Positions 62,920 through 64,000 of a stretch of 64,000 bases of DNA are shown here, one piece after another. Under the pieces are notes generated by a model. It had not been told where the DNA came from. It worked only from the letters and a program-made list of their open reading frames with translations, and did no database searches. Source of the DNA: an uncultured bacterium (GTDB taxonomy: Bacteria; Acidobacteriota; HRBIN11; JAKEFK01); assembly GCA_963777505.1 (NCBI GenBank), contig CAVZQN010000001.1:448001-512000 (forward strand). The letters run 5' to 3'. Each line of letters begins with the position of its first letter. The first letter of the stretch is position 1. The translations under genes were made by a program, and so were the position numbers.

Positions 62920-63525
62920 ATGACCCGTCAAAAAACTTACCTAATTCTTCTTTGCATATTTTTCGCTGTATTGATCTGGTCCGGAATTAATCCAAAAGGT
63001 TATTTCATCTGGTTTCTGGAAGTCATTCCTGCTGTTCTTGCCTTAATCTTGTTGCTGGCCACATTTAAGCGTTTTGAATTCAGCATGCTCAGTTATGTCT
63101 TAATACTGATCCACTCGATCATCTTAATGGTAGGCGGACATTACACATACGCTGAAGTTCCACTATTTGACAAAATTCGTGATCTGCTTGGCACCGCACG
63201 TAATTCCTATGATGGTGTCGGCCATTTTGCGCAGGGTTTTATTCCGGCGATCATTACGCGCGAAATTTTAATCCGTTCAATGAAGTTGAATAGCCGCAAA
63301 TGGCTTTTCTTTCTTTCTGTTTGTATCCCTCTCGCATTCAGTGCATTTTATGAACTGATTGAATGGTGGGTTGCTATTACGACCGGGGAGGCGGCTGATG
63401 CGTTTCTCGGTGCACAGGGCGATCCATGGGACACTCAAAAGGATATGGCGCTTTGTCTTGCAGGTTCGATCGTTTCACTGTTGCTTTTATCAAAAGCACA
63501 CGATAAGTCCTTACAAAAACTCTAG
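62920..63525 (+). CDS. DUF2238 (YjdF-like) membrane protein
   Basis: GGHYTYAEVP, RNSYD..GH and GAQGDPWDTQKDM motifs. Confidence 0.85.
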   Translation: MTRQKTYLILLCIFFAVLIWSGINPKGYFIWFLEVIPAVLALILLLATFKRFEFSMLSYVLILIHSIILMVGGHYTYAEVPLFDKIRDLLGTARNSYDGVGHFAQGFIPAIITREILIRSMKLNSRKWLFFLSVCIPLAFSAFYELIEWWVAITTGEAADAFLGAQGDPWDTQKDMALCLAGSIVSLLLLSKAHDKSLQKL

Positions 63526-63591
63526 AGCGACACTGGTCGCACTAAAATTTGGACCTCAGAGCGGCCCGTACCGGAATGCCCGCAGAACTAA

Positions 63592-64000
63592 TTAAACGTC
63601 AAGGCCGACTGATCGCATTAACGCAAGAGCATTGCTTCGTTGTATAACACCTGGCTTCAATTTGTAATCGAATGCAATTTTCCCGTCTTCAATATGATCT
63701 TCAAAATGCATATTCGAGGCCGATGAACCAAGATCATCAACGATTTTAGAAAGTGCAAGATCATGTGTTGTTACAATTCCAATTGCATTTTTTTTCTGCA
63801 AGCCGCGCACAATTGCTTCAGAACCAATCAATCGATCCGCCGAATTTGTTCCATGCAGAATTTCATCAAGCAGATACAAAACGGGAATCGGTCCATTTGC
63901 AAGATCCATAATTTGTTTGATCCGCATAATCTCTGCATAAAATTTTGAATAACCACTTTGAATTGAATCCTGAATGCGAATTGAAGTTCCCAGGGCCAAA
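63592..64000 (-). CDS. MutS-related ATPase, domain V (3' part; truncated by window edge)
   Basis: S.FYAEI, LLDEILHGTNS and TTHDL motifs. Confidence 0.85.
   Translation of the reverse strand, partial: LALGTSIRIQDSIQSGYSKFYAEIMRIKQIMDLANGPIPVLYLLDEILHGTNSADRLIGSEAIVRGLQKKNAIGIVTTHDLALSKIVDDLGSSASNMHFEDHIEDGKIAFDYKLKPGVIQRSNALALMRSVGLDV

Overview
This 64-kb bacterial chromosomal window is most likely from an Acidobacteriota genome. That assignment is inferred from two ADOP-type duplicated permeases, several Hanks-type Ser/Thr kinases with TPR, TolB-like or TonB extensions, and an ECF sigma / anti-sigma / DUF4097 operon. Many ordinary genes are split by single frameshifts (rmuC, tsaD 3' end, AGCS symporter, FAD monooxygenase, two kinases), which suggests an unpolished long-read consensus. 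The stretch at ~10.85-13.28 kb looks like a chimera of a GH13 glucosidase and a kinase. Housekeeping genes include nrdJ, recN, dtd, mtnA, tsaD, fbp and rmuC. Most notable observations: (1) an intact 2149-aa cytoplasmic protein built as kinase-kinase-STAND ATPase-helical/TPR-SBP5-SBP5, an NLR-like ligand sensor; (2) an NpmA/KamB-like 16S rRNA m1A1408 methyltransferase; (3) a Gly/Ala-rich beta-strand protein plus TPR partner behind a sigma54-type promoter, and two other orphan proteins with secretion-substrate-like N-termini, one carrying a papain-like triad; (4) a diverged ~320-bp duplication of a gene 3' end bracketing a ~3.6-kb cassette; (5) a kinase-PEGA-TonB fusion; (6) several families of dispersed palindromic repeats at gene boundaries. 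I could not support any rRNA, tRNA, CRISPR array or transposase. All family calls are from motif recognition by eye; no database search was run.
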